NCBI GenBank assembly: GCA_973895155.1
Contig: OZ316894.1
Location: forward strand, 8,270,234-8,334,233
Source: Marsupella aquatica
Lineage: Eukaryota; Plantae; Marchantiophyta
DNA: 64,000 nt
Reading direction: 5' to 3'
Shown: piece by piece, positions 53,250 through 64,000 of the stretch
Layout: every line of letters starts with the position of its first letter
Position numbering within the stretch: the first letter of the stretch is position 1
Notes under the pieces: model-generated
What the model saw: the letters and a program-made list of their open reading frames with translations, nothing else
The model's database searches: none
What the model was told of the DNA's origin: nothing
Made by a program: the position numbers and the translations under genes

Positions 53250-53720
53250 ACATCTCGTTTTTCCTCATCTAAATAGTTATATTTGTTTGTAAATAATGCG
53301 ATTTCGTCAGAAGTAGTAGTCCCAAGAACAAATATTTCTGGAAACATAGAAATATCCTGTCAAATAACTCGACAGACTGAGTCAAACTCCAACTCATCAG
53401 TTTTGGGTATGTAGTAAAGTGCTTCATTTGCGTCATCGACAATCCGGTTTGCTCGTTTGAGGATAGCCCATAACCTTGTATTTGTAACTAAAAAGTTCCA
53501 CTTCTTGCTACAAGCTCCAAGCCGAATAAGGTCTTGGACCCTATCGATAACCAAATCATTATCGGGGTGTTGATATCGACGCAATCCTTCAATTGAAATA
53601 AAGTGTTTGTAGAGTATTGGTCAAATGTTTGAAATGACCAAAACATTTGGTATTCCTCCAATGAGACTAGAGGAGGTTTCATCCAGCGTATCCCATATTG
53701 TTTTCTGTTTCCTTTCATGA
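53250..53720 (-). pseudogene. Second F-box-like paralog
   Basis: LIGGIPNVLVISNI*PIL...LIRLGACSKKWNFLVTNTRLWA aligns by eye with the 52-kb copy; W-to-stop. Confidence 0.6.
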
Positions 53721-54689
53721 GATGAAAGGAAATCTCGAGCCTCATTCAAAAGTTGGCTCATCCTACTTTTATCATATCACAAAACATTGTTAGAAGACAT
53801 ACAACGCGCCCGGTCGCGTAAGTTAACTAGCATTCAGGTCATCCTTAAAAGCGTAGATGTCACCCTCAAGGTATCCAACTTTGTGGCATCTGACTATAAA
53901 TTTCCATTTTTCAAGAGGGTGAAGAGCATCGTAAGTCTTCGTGAAGAGTTCCCTGGGCTCTCAGCGGGGGCTGATCCAAGGCACATTTGAGGTGGAGCAG
54001 ATTGGATCATTCGACTATTCCAGGCGGAGGCGGAGCTCATTCAAGCAATGCTGGCGCAGTTCTTGTTGTATCACATTCTTGGGGAGGGCACATCCAATCA
54101 AGCGGGAGAGAGTTGCGACGAAGTGAGACGACAAAGATTTAGAACCTCCATAGTCTGCCTCATTCATCGAAGCATTCTAGCGGACCAACAAAGAGCGGCT
54201 ATTCTAAAATCAATGTCTGGTCAAGGATTTTGATCTCAATACGATCAACAAGTTGTCATTCTCTGGTGGTGGGATTTGGTCATGATACTCAAGGAAATTG
54301 GAGTTCGAAGGAGGAGGCTTAGTTGGCTGGACGAGGAGGAGGCCATGCTGGAAGGAAGAGGCTTGGCTGGGAGGAGGGATGCCGCCAACATTGGAGGGTT
54401 TCCGCCAACATCGCTGAGACCACACGCAACTGAATAACTTGTAAGTATCAATCAACATTAATTCCACAATAAATGAGGAGAGTAGTTGCCTTAAATCACG
54501 CATTCAATGCATGAATTGAGTCAATGAAGTTATGGTCCAATTTCTCACTCTGATTTTGATCAATCCGTGTTTCAAGTCCAATACAAAAGCAATGTATCAG
54601 AAGTACTAGTAGAGGATCCGAATGAATTCTCTAGTCTAAAATTGTATGGCGTTCAATTATAGTTGTCCGTACGTTTTGGTATTGTTTAT

Positions 54690-55975
54690 TGTAGTCGACG
54701 GCCTAGCAAAACAAAACGTAATCGAGGTCCATTTCTCAGATCTGACTGATCTCAACTTGTTAGTAGGATGACTTGATTTTTTGGTTACACATGTAGTTCA
54801 TCACGCACACAGTCGCGTGAACCAATTTATCTCAGGTCTTTTGATATTGTTTATTGTAGTCGACAACCTAGCAAATTGGCCAGAAATCTATTCTAAAACC
54901 AAAGTCTTCGTATCATCACGCGCCCGGTCGCGTTAATGTTTTAGAGGTCAACAAAAGCTCTGCACTCTTAGACGTAATCGCTCTTTATTTCTCAGATCTG
55001 TCTGATTTCAACTTGTTAGTAGGATAACCTGATTTTTTGGTTACACATGTAGTTTATCACGCGCACAGTCGCGTGAACCAATTTCTCTCGTGTCTTTTGA
55101 TATTGTTTATTGTAGTCGACAGCCTAGCAAATTGGCCAGCAATCTATTTTAAAACCGAGGTCTTTGTTTCATCACGCGCCCGGTCGCGTTAATGTTTTAG
55201 AGGTCAGCAAAAGCTTTGCACTCTTAGACGTAATCGCGCTTTATTTCTCAGATCTGACTGATCTCAACTTGTTAGTTGGATGACCTATTTTTTTGGTTAC
55301 ACATGTAGTTCATCACGCGCACAATCGCGTGAACCAATTTATCTTAGGTCTTTTGATATTGTTTATTGTAGTCGACAGCCTAGCGAATTGGCCAGCAATC
55401 TATTTTAAAACCAACGTCTTCGTTTCATCACGCGCCCGATCGCGTTAATGTTTAGAGGTCAGCGAAAGCTCTGCACTCTTAAACGTAATCGCACTTTATT
55501 TCTCATATCTGACTAATCTCAACTTGTTAGTTGGATGACCTGTTTTTTTGGTTACACATGTAGTTCATCATGCGCACAGTCTCGTGAACCAATTTATCTC
55601 AGGTCTTTTTGATATTTTTTATTGTAGTCAACAGCCTAGCGAATTGGCCAGCAATCTATTTTAAAACCAACGTCTTTGTTTCATCACGCGCCCGGTCGCA
55701 TTAATGTTTTAGAGGTCAACAAAAGCTCTACACTCTTAAACATAATCGCGTTTTATTTCTCAGATCTGACTGATCTCAACTTGTTAGTTGGATGACCTAT
55801 TTTTTGTTACACATGTAGTTCATCACGCGCACAGTTGCGTGAACCAATTTATCTCAGGTCTTTTTTGATATTGTTTATTGTAGTCGACAGCCCAGCGAAT
55901 TGGCCAACAATCTATTTTAAAACCAACGTCTTCGTTTCATCACGCGCCCGGTCGCGTTAATGTTTTAGAGGTCAA
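54690..55975. repeat. 256-bp tandem repeat, 5 copies, two ACGCG-N6-CGCGT palindromes per unit
   Basis: gttacacatgtagt anchor near 54781, 55037, 55293, 55548 and 55804. Confidence 0.95.
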
Positions 55976-56219
55976 AGGAATCTTGTGGATGATTTTTCCT
56001 TGATTGCAAAAATGGTTACATCGATCCCGAAGGACTTTGGATGTGGAATCCATATCCACTAGCATTATCCAGGAATTTAACTGACCTGGTCTTTCAAACA
56101 CTATTTTCCACGGGATGAAATTAAGCTACACAGTATCTATAACAAGTTCTAACTTGAACTACTCTTGAATCTGTAGTTCTAATCTTTGACTACTCAAAAT
56201 ATTGTAGACTTCGATCGAG

Positions 56220-56761
56220 TTAGTCATTCCAAGATGAAGGCATCCACTCATCGGTGTCTGGTGTGGATTCCCTTGAATCCAGGAATTCTTCCTTTGCCCA
56301 AGTCCTAATGTCCATAGATTTTCTCGGCTTGCTCTTTCTGTAATACAAATCAGAATCTTTGTTCATCTCTAATTGCATTTTCTTCGGTGCGTCCACTTTC
56401 TTGGCCTCCTTCTTGACTGTCTTAGCGTCTGCTGTTGCTTCCCCCAAAATGGATTTGATGCATGCTTTGGCCTTCAACTTCTCCCCCCCGAAATGGATTT
56501 GACGAGGGCTTTGCCCTTTAACTTCTCCCCTGATGCCATCTTTGTAGTCATCTCTGTCGGATTTCTCTCCATCTGATCTTCCATCGACAAATGTGGCGAA
56601 CAATGTCGTCTCTCACAAAACATTTGACCCGATTTAGTCACCGTAAACATTATATTACATCGCTGACACATTCTATAAGGAATACCACAAATTTGATACG
56701 TCGAATCTTCTGAATCATCCGTCGGAACATCCTCATTCTTTGAGCTCAGCAGAGTAGTCAT
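56220..56761 (-). pseudogene. Small frameshifted ORF with Cys cluster, unknown function
   Basis: ICGIPYRMCQRC...FCERRHC, then a K/E/D-rich ORF in an overlapping frame. Confidence 0.35.
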
Positions 56762-57346
56762 CGCCCTTCAAACAAGAGATGCGGACCGAGACTAAGAATT
56801 GGAAATGAGAGAGCTGATGTGCGAATAGATTATCCAGTAGCCAGAAAGTGGAATGCGTGGGGCAATGAGCAGTAGGGATCATCTCAATGCTTTATACTGT
56901 TTAGTCTCCACTAGTCACTATACATAGTGGTTTCTAGAAGAGAGTGCGCATTTGACTGGCGCGTATTAGAATTGGCGGGAAGTTCAATTGTCCTCTAATT
57001 ATGGCTTTAATTTCACGTTTGGCAACTGCCCCGGGAATACTAATTGCTAGTGAAGTACTGAGATTGCTTATGAGGGTCAGTAGTTACTGATTGTCCGGTG
57101 TCCACTCATTGGTAAACTGATATTGTCCACTCATTTTTTCTGAGTGGAGTTGAAATGATTGTTCGTAATCGATTGTAGTCGTTCTCATTCACTTGAAATG
57201 ACTGACGGACCATGCATAATCTATTACCGGTATGTGTGATGCCTTCAGATCCGTAATTGTATCTTACTGTCTCACGCGCAATTGTATCTTACTTATGAAG
57301 TACCAAGTACAAGCTAGAGTTTGGGCCTAGGCTTCTAGCTTCTACG

Positions 57347-57643
57347 CTCGGGGGTCTCACTTTTTGGGGGACCTCCCCATCACCTGCGACATTTTTAGGC
57401 CTCAAACCCCCTAAAATTGTAAGAATTTTTTTATTTTAAAACCCCTATAAAGTTGGAATGTTCCTGGAATATTCCAAAATTTGGATTAAAAAGATCCTAA
57501 TGTTCTTATAAGTCTCAAAATTGAATTTCAAAGACACTATTGTACTTCTACAAAAATTCTTAAGTCTTCCCTTAGAACCAATAAAACAACCCTATCCTTC
57601 GTCGCACATGATATGCCATTTTTGTGGAAGTGAAACCCTCAAG
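57347..57643 (+). mobile_element. MITE copy 3 (297 bp), 8-bp TSD
   Basis: CTCGGGGGTCTCACT...AGTGAAACCCTCAAG; perfect TSD CTTCTACG at 57339-57346 and 57644-57651. Confidence 0.95.
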
Positions 57644-58123
57644 CTTCTACGTCGTAGACCCTATTATCCCTACACCCTCTGACTAAGGTCATGCGACTAG
57701 TCGCATGCAGGGCAGTGCATTGACTACATTCTGCTTACTTGTTGACGGTCATGACAGGACAATGCAGTTCATGAACATTTTACTGGCACTTATTAGAATT
57801 ACAGTCCTCAGTAGTTACTGACTGTCCAGTGTCCACTTGGTAAACTAGTACTGTCCACTCATTTTTTCTGAGTGGATGTGAAATGATTGATCGTAATCGA
57901 TTGTAGTCGTTCTCATTCACTTGAAATGACTGACGGACCATGCATAGTCTGTTGCCAGTATGTGTGGTACATCTAGGGTCACGCGACCAGTCACGTGCAG
58001 TGCAATGCATTGACTACATTTTGCTTGTTGACCGACGTGACAGGACAGTGCAGTGAAGTTGACGGACATGACAGGACTGTACGCTTACAGTGATATTCTC
58101 TGATGTGCAGGATCATAATTATT

Positions 58124-61100
58124 ATGGTGACATCGAAAATCTGGATCAGGGAAGGCGGACAAGTTATTATAGGCATACGTGAGAAACAGGTTGGAAAAGG
58201 TCGCGTGATAAGTCTTGATCTTTCCAGGGTTTGTCACAATGTTCCTCTTGGGGCGGACAAAGTTCTTCTTCTATTGGAGGAAGTTTTTGAAGAGACCATT
58301 CTATGCGAAGATGATGAACTTTTGAAGGACATGATTGGGGGTTACCTTGTATGGGAAAGGAATCAGCTTTTTCGAGCTCCCATGGAATCGGAGGATGTGT
58401 TTGGCAATGTTGGTGATGATCAAGATCCAGTCAATCAAAATTCTGATGGGAACAACCATAATGAGAGTCGGTCTGGTGTGGAAGTAGTTTTACCAAAGGC
58501 CTTGTGGATGGGCATGCCTGTAAAGGTGGTGGATGAGAACAAGTTGATTTTTGCAGTGGCAACTATACATGTTCTAGATCCTATAGTGAAGCTTGGGGAT
58601 GTCACCCTTGGGAATACACATGTGGGAATTCTGATCAACGATTTTGTCGAGGGAGCTACCATAGATCATCTGAAGCATAGAGAAATCTGCTTAAAATCTT
58701 GGTCGATGGACCAACTCATTGCCAAGGATGGCAACTTGTTTTCTTTCCACAACATCAGGCAAGCTGTGGGAGGGAACACATCTCCAACAAGTGGCAAGCG
58801 GTTCTACGTCCATAAAAGTAGGAAAAGAAAGAGTCCATCTTCCCAGACATCTAGAAGAGACACATCTTTGGCACGTCAAGATGTGTTGTTGATAAACACT
58901 AAGGACTGTTGTAGTGAACATTGTTGCCAATATTTGGACCCCAACTTGGCTATGGCAATTAGGCAAAAGTGGTGGTCAAAATCTTTTGCGGAGCGCAAGG
59001 AGGAGGAAATCAAGGCTATTAAAAATACAATACACTTGGGTACTGGAGAAAGGATTCTAGCAGTGGAGGGCAAAGTATTGTGCTTGGAGGCATGGAGAAT
59101 CATTCATTCAAGAGGAAAGACTCAATTTTATGCCTTGAAGAAGACTGTGATGGCTGGAATGAACATAGGTACCCATAGTAATGCTGGAAAAGGCGTATGT
59201 CCGAGAAAGTATCTCAAGCGTTCATGTCAATGAAAGAGATTATTGAGGAGGCAGTTGATCATCATCCAGCCAAGTTGAGAACCATGGCAGATAATACAAG
59301 GATGGTTTTGAGAGAATTGCCAACGAATCTTACTTGGGAGAATATTAGAAACAGGGTTAATGTTGTCAACAAGGAGGCTGGTCTTCCTCCAATTTCCCAA
59401 CCCACCTTGAGTCATCTACATCAGATGTATTTCAAGGAGTTCTCGCGTCACAAAAAGGGCAACAACTTTTCAAAGTGTACAACTTGTAATGAGTTGCTTC
59501 AACGGAAAGCAAACCTTACAGGAGCTAAGGAAGAGTTAGAGGGCCTAAGGCGTGACGAGGAGGAACATCACCAAGACCACACACAACAAACAATGTGCTA
59601 TCATACTTGGAGATATGAGTCCATCCATCGTCCAAAGGAAGTGTTATGCCTTATTCATGATAAAATGGATCATTCAAAGACAGCTCTCCCAAGAATGTCC
59701 TTCAATCCTAAGCATGTGGATGGTGCCCAAAAGTTCCCAATTACTGTCACTGGTATCCTTACTCATGGTCATGGTCCCAAGGCCATAGCCCAATATCATG
59801 TTGGAGTCACTAGTACATTTTACCTCCTTTTTCCGATTCTCTCCACATCGGACGCCTTTGTAAAATAAAATTTGAAAAACCATATATCCGATACTACTAG
59901 CATCGCAACATGCCATTTTAATAGTATCGGATATCGACAATCGGACTTCTATCGGAAAGTCCGATGGTGGGAGAATGGGAAAGTCCGATGGTGGGAGAAT
60001 GGGAAAGTCCGATGCTAGGAGAATGGGATAGTCCGATGGTGAGAGAATGGGAAAGTCCGATGCTAGGAGAATGGGAAAGTCCGAAGCAATCAAAATGGGA
60101 TATGCATTTCAGCGGACGCGACATGCTCAGGTCACCCATCTCTTCCTTTAATTGGGTTTCTACTTTCATTTGGAACTATGAGCTAGGTGCCCATCTCCCT
60201 TGACATGTGAACTCTTCAAATTTTCTCAACTAATTGGTCACCCATCCCAATTGCTATTCCTCCAACATGAGCTTAACTTTGTGGTTCTTATTCCTTACAT
60301 TGTACATGCAAGCTTAGCACTTTTGTTGTTTGACTTAGAGTGTTTGGGGATTTTATACACTTGTGAGTTTACTAAGACCCATAATTTGGACCCATTCTTG
60401 ATCCATTTTTCTCTATCATGAGATTAGATCTTTGCATCAAGTGACCTATTCTAGTTACCCTATTACATTCCCCTAGGAGAAACCAATAGAAATCTGGCAG
60501 GGGTCATTCATCGATAGTAAAGCCCTCCTTCATTAGATTTGATATGGGATAATTATGGCTTATTAGTTATGGATGATATTTTGGTCCTTCCAAAGCCTTA
60601 GCGTCAATGGCTCCTGATTGTCTCATCTTTTATCAACTATGTTGTTGTTGGACTTGCAACAAAGACTACATGGGACAAGCAACCTCCTTCTAGATGATGT
60701 ATTTTGGACTTGGCATGTTGAGCACATATTTCCGTAAGGGAATAATATGTTGGGTCTTGGAATGAGGCAAAAACAACACTCAAGTCCATTTGCCTCAAGT
60801 ATGAAGTTATTCATGCATGCAAGAATGATTGCATCTTTTGGGAAGAGTATGTCGGTGCAACCACATACCCCATCTAACACATCAAAACTTTTCATTCTAA
60901 CACAATCAAAAATTTTCTTTTTGTCATAACCAGACTTTCCCATACTCCCAGCATCGGACTTTCCCATTCTTCTAGCATCGGACTTTCCCATACTCCCAGC
61001 ATCGGACTTTCCCATTCCTCTAGCATCGAACTTTCCCATTCTTCTAGCATCGGACTTTCCCATACTCCCAGCATCGGACTTTCCCATTCTCCCAACATCG

Positions 61101-63142
61101 GACTTTGCCATGTTAGCACAATCGGATATAATATCCGTTATTATTAACTACGGAAAGTTTCCGATCAATATTGTAACGCACATCATTTTCGTTACAAAAA
61201 ACATCGGACATATCAATCAAGTTTCTGTTGAGGGATCCGATGTGTTTTCTAACGGATATGATCCGTTTTTTAACGCATCGGAAAGGTTCCGTTGTCAATT
61301 ATATCGGAAATGAAGATATCCGAAGCCGAGAGTATGGCATATTGCCATTTTTTGATAATCGGAATTTCCGATGCTAAAAGAATCGGACGCCGATTGTTCG
61401 CAAAAATTGAGCATCGGAAATCAGCTTAATATGTACTAGTGAGTGTGGCCAGGTGATGTCAACATCACTATTGGGTCAATTGATTCAATACTAAGGATGT
61501 TGGAAAACCCAAATCCAATGATCAAATCACTTGTGGAGGGGCCAGACTCGACAAGTCTTTTTAAAGATCTCCTTTTTAGGAGAAAAGATATCTTGGAGGC
61601 AAGTGTCCTTAGAGCATTTGAGGATGACATTGCCTACATCTCAAGCCTAGGTACTTTACTCACAATCCTTTAATTTATTATTATTTAATAATATAAGCTC
61701 ACACACACTGACACTCAGTCTACTTTGTGTAGTTGTTGCTCCTCCTAGCCAAGGTTTCATTAATAGGGTTTAAACCCTAAACCCTAAATTGGGGTTTAGG
61801 GTCTGACTAGGGTTTTATTTAAAAGCATTTTGAGATTGTTACATTGTGATGTAGCACCTGAGGCACCAAAGTTCAGGCCCCTTCCACGAGTATTGAAGCT
61901 ACAACTGGATAATTGTGCCTCAAACAACAAGAACAGATATATGATGGCTTATTTGTCATTGTTGACGGCAAGGGAGGTGTTTGAAGAGGTTCATCTTGGT
62001 TTTATGGTAGTTGGGCATACTCATGAGGACGTTGACGGTATGTTTGGGAATTTTTCAGAGTCTATGATGCATAACCCCACATACTCATTGCCTGAGTTAA
62101 TGTCCTTGTTCATGAGAGCAAGGACACCCAATGCAGTCCCACATTTTCTATAGGAGGTCCCAGATTTCAAAAACTACTTTAGCTCGATTCATGTTGAAGG
62201 GCCCTGAGGCATTGGTGGGGCATTTAAAACCCAGGCTGTTTAGGTTCTATGTTTGTCATGATAGTATGCCATGCTTCCAATACAAAATGAAATCAACTGA
62301 TCAGGGATGATTACCCAAGGAAGGTATTGAAATGTGGTCATGGAAAGATGACAAAAGTCCTCACATCCCAATTGGGGTGCCCAAACGGCTACCAATGATG
62401 GAGTTGAAAATGCTTCCTGAAGTGCTGACAGGGTTGAAGAAGCATGTGTCATTCTTTGAGTTTATTCTAAAGCGAACAAAAGAGGAAGAACCAAAGCGAC
62501 GTTGGACAACTCTCATCAATTATTGGAATGACATTGTAGATACTCTAGAGGGTGAGCAGATGCAATATGAACCTGAAGGTGCACACAACTTGGAATACAG
62601 GTTTTGGCCTTTATCAATATGGAGAGAGCACGTTCCACCAGAATATCAAAACGTGGCATGTGAGTTGGAGGCAACAGTGGATTATGTGGGACCAGCAAAA
62701 GATAAACCTCCTGAGAGTTTTAACCCTATGGTTGATGTTGTGAAGGGCTGTTATGTGTTGGTACGGCCGGACGACTCAGACCTGGATGTTTATCCCGTCC
62801 ATATGGGGTTAGTTGTTATAGATGTGGTAGAAGGACCAGTGAATGAACAAAACCTTCTTACTCATGTATGTGGCGTTGAGTGGTTTAGACCATTTATGGC
62901 AAAGAAGCAACGTGCATGGTCAATCAGACTGGCAGCCAAGAGAGCGGTGGGCAGATTCTTGGGATAAGAAATGGGAACGTGATCCAGCTCCAATATACAA
63001 GGAAGCTGAGACAATAGATGTTTCCTCTGCCTTGTGGTGTTTCAAAGCTAGCACGCAAAGGACCAGTGACAGGGCTGGTAGGAATTCCAAAGAATGTTGC
63101 TGCCAAGGCAAGAGACTATCTCTTGACATGCATAGCAAGTGA
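58124..63142 (+). pseudogene. Sola1/DUF7869-type DDD transposase, disrupted
   Basis: CCSEHCC, FSKCTTC, LIHDKMDHSKTALPR, GILTHGHG, LQLDNCASNNKN, FMVVGHTHEDVDGMFG; frameshifts at ~59200, ~62200 and ~62930, stop at 62151, intron ~61651-61854, CACTA insertion. Confidence 0.9.
59808..61441. mobile_element. Non-autonomous CACTA (En/Spm) element, 1634 bp
   Basis: CACTAGTACAT...ATGTACTAGTG; 3-bp TSD AGT; 21-bp subterminal repeats in opposite orientation (59955-60084, 60932-61107); excision restores AQYHVGVWPGDVN. Confidence 0.95.
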
Positions 63143-63713
63143 CAAATCCTAGACAATAATGAAGCATGTAGTTTAGCATACAGTTTAAAAGGCAACTCAG
63201 AATAGTAGTAGCCAGAGAACTCAAGTTTAGACAAGTCTTATTGTCTAAGTTAGTTAGTTGGTTAGTTTATTTAAGATATAATATTAGTTAGTGGGGCCTT
63301 AGCTTGGTGATATTAAGGCATGATATTATTGACATTCAAATGAATGTCCATTAGACATTGTAATATACAACAATCCTATTAATTGTTGTAAAGAAACTAA
63401 CTAATTAAAGGGTGGTACTTACTATGATTGTAGGTCACGCACCCTGGTGCGTGTCAATTTTTTTTGTATTCAACCCTATAGTAATTAAATAGACAATTGA
63501 AACAATGAATGATAGTTTAATTAAGGATTTGTGCATGGATCAAGAAGTACTTGATGTCATTTAGTGATGCATTGTTATAAAGATCTTGCAACAAAACATT
63601 TGAAGTTTTTGACTATCCCACCAAATGTTAAAGAGGTTGATCATTCATTAACTAATAATATTTAGATAAAATTGGAATTAATCTAATACTTCAGTATTCC
63701 TTAAATTGGGGTT

Positions 63714-64000
63714 ACATACCAGACATCTCTAAGAACTTGATTTCTCTTGGTGCTTTGGAAGCTGGTGGATCTCATTTCACTACACGTGATGGTGCGCTCT
63801 TTGTTGTCAAAGATGATATGTCTTTGATTAAGGTGCTATGGCAGAATAATTTTTACATCTTGGAAGGAGATGTCATTACTCCTAGAGTGTAGCATGTGGA
63901 TTCTGTGGCCGTGGAACGTTTGGATGTAGCAGCAACATCTGTTGTAGAGTCATCTTTGGCTGCTTCAATTGAAGCACCCTCCACATCTGGTCGCACACAA
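63714..64000 (+). pseudogene. Continuation of Copia polyprotein after the 41-kb insertion
   Basis: (H)IPDISKNLISLGALEAGG...NNFYILEGDV, typical Copia post-protease segment; stop at ~63890. Confidence 0.9.

Larger units (their letters stand above)
22712..63713 (+). mobile_element. Giant Sola1-type TIR transposon (41,002 bp with nested inserts; ~17.6 kb own sequence)
   Basis: TIR AACCCCAATTTAAGGAA(A/T)AC, 19/20; TSD ACAT at 22708-22711 and 63714-63717; excision restores Copia frame VRHIPDISKNLISLG; encodes a DUF7869-type transposase. A 2-bp TSD reading (CA, ends TAACCCC) is also formally possible. Confidence 0.93.

Noticed and set aside
57080-58080. Direct duplications upstream of the transposase as LTRs
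   Set aside because: No TG...CA ends, PBS or PPT; local duplications.
59918-61119. Periodic ORFs (GEWESPM, MGKSDA, IGLSHSP)
   Set aside because: Translations of 21-bp CACTA subterminal repeats.

Overview
Eukaryotic, intron-containing plant DNA. The kinase juxtamembrane style suggests a bryophyte, probably a liverwort (inference). 1-7.6 kb holds a disabled malectin-like/LRR receptor kinase; the rest is a stack of nested transposons whose junctions can be read to the base. A Copia element (5' LTR 19459-19754) is split inside its protease region by a 41-kb TIR element (22712-63713, TSD ACAT) with a Sola1/DUF7869-type DDD transposase. Inside it is a non-autonomous TIR element (26399-47831, TSD CTAA), and inside that a 16.7-kb element (29734-46437, TSD GTTT) with a Sola2-type transposase and a RING-H2 cargo gene. 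A CACTA element and three 8-bp-TSD MITEs are also present. Removing the nested inserts rejoins, in frame, a multi-exon cargo gene of the outer element: F-box-like, ParB-like, degenerate N4/N6 DNA-methyltransferase-like, charged coil, Ulp1/C48 SUMO protease, two FCP1/NIF phosphatase-like domains. A diverged truncated relative at 10.1-15.3 kb has the same order and a shared intron. A palindrome, ACGCG-N6-CGCGT, recurs across the outer element and sits in most of the cargo introns. The best candidate for an undescribed system is this family of large Sola transposons carrying a ubiquitin/SUMO/phosphatase/methylase-like toolkit. All family assignments are by eye from motifs; no searches were run.
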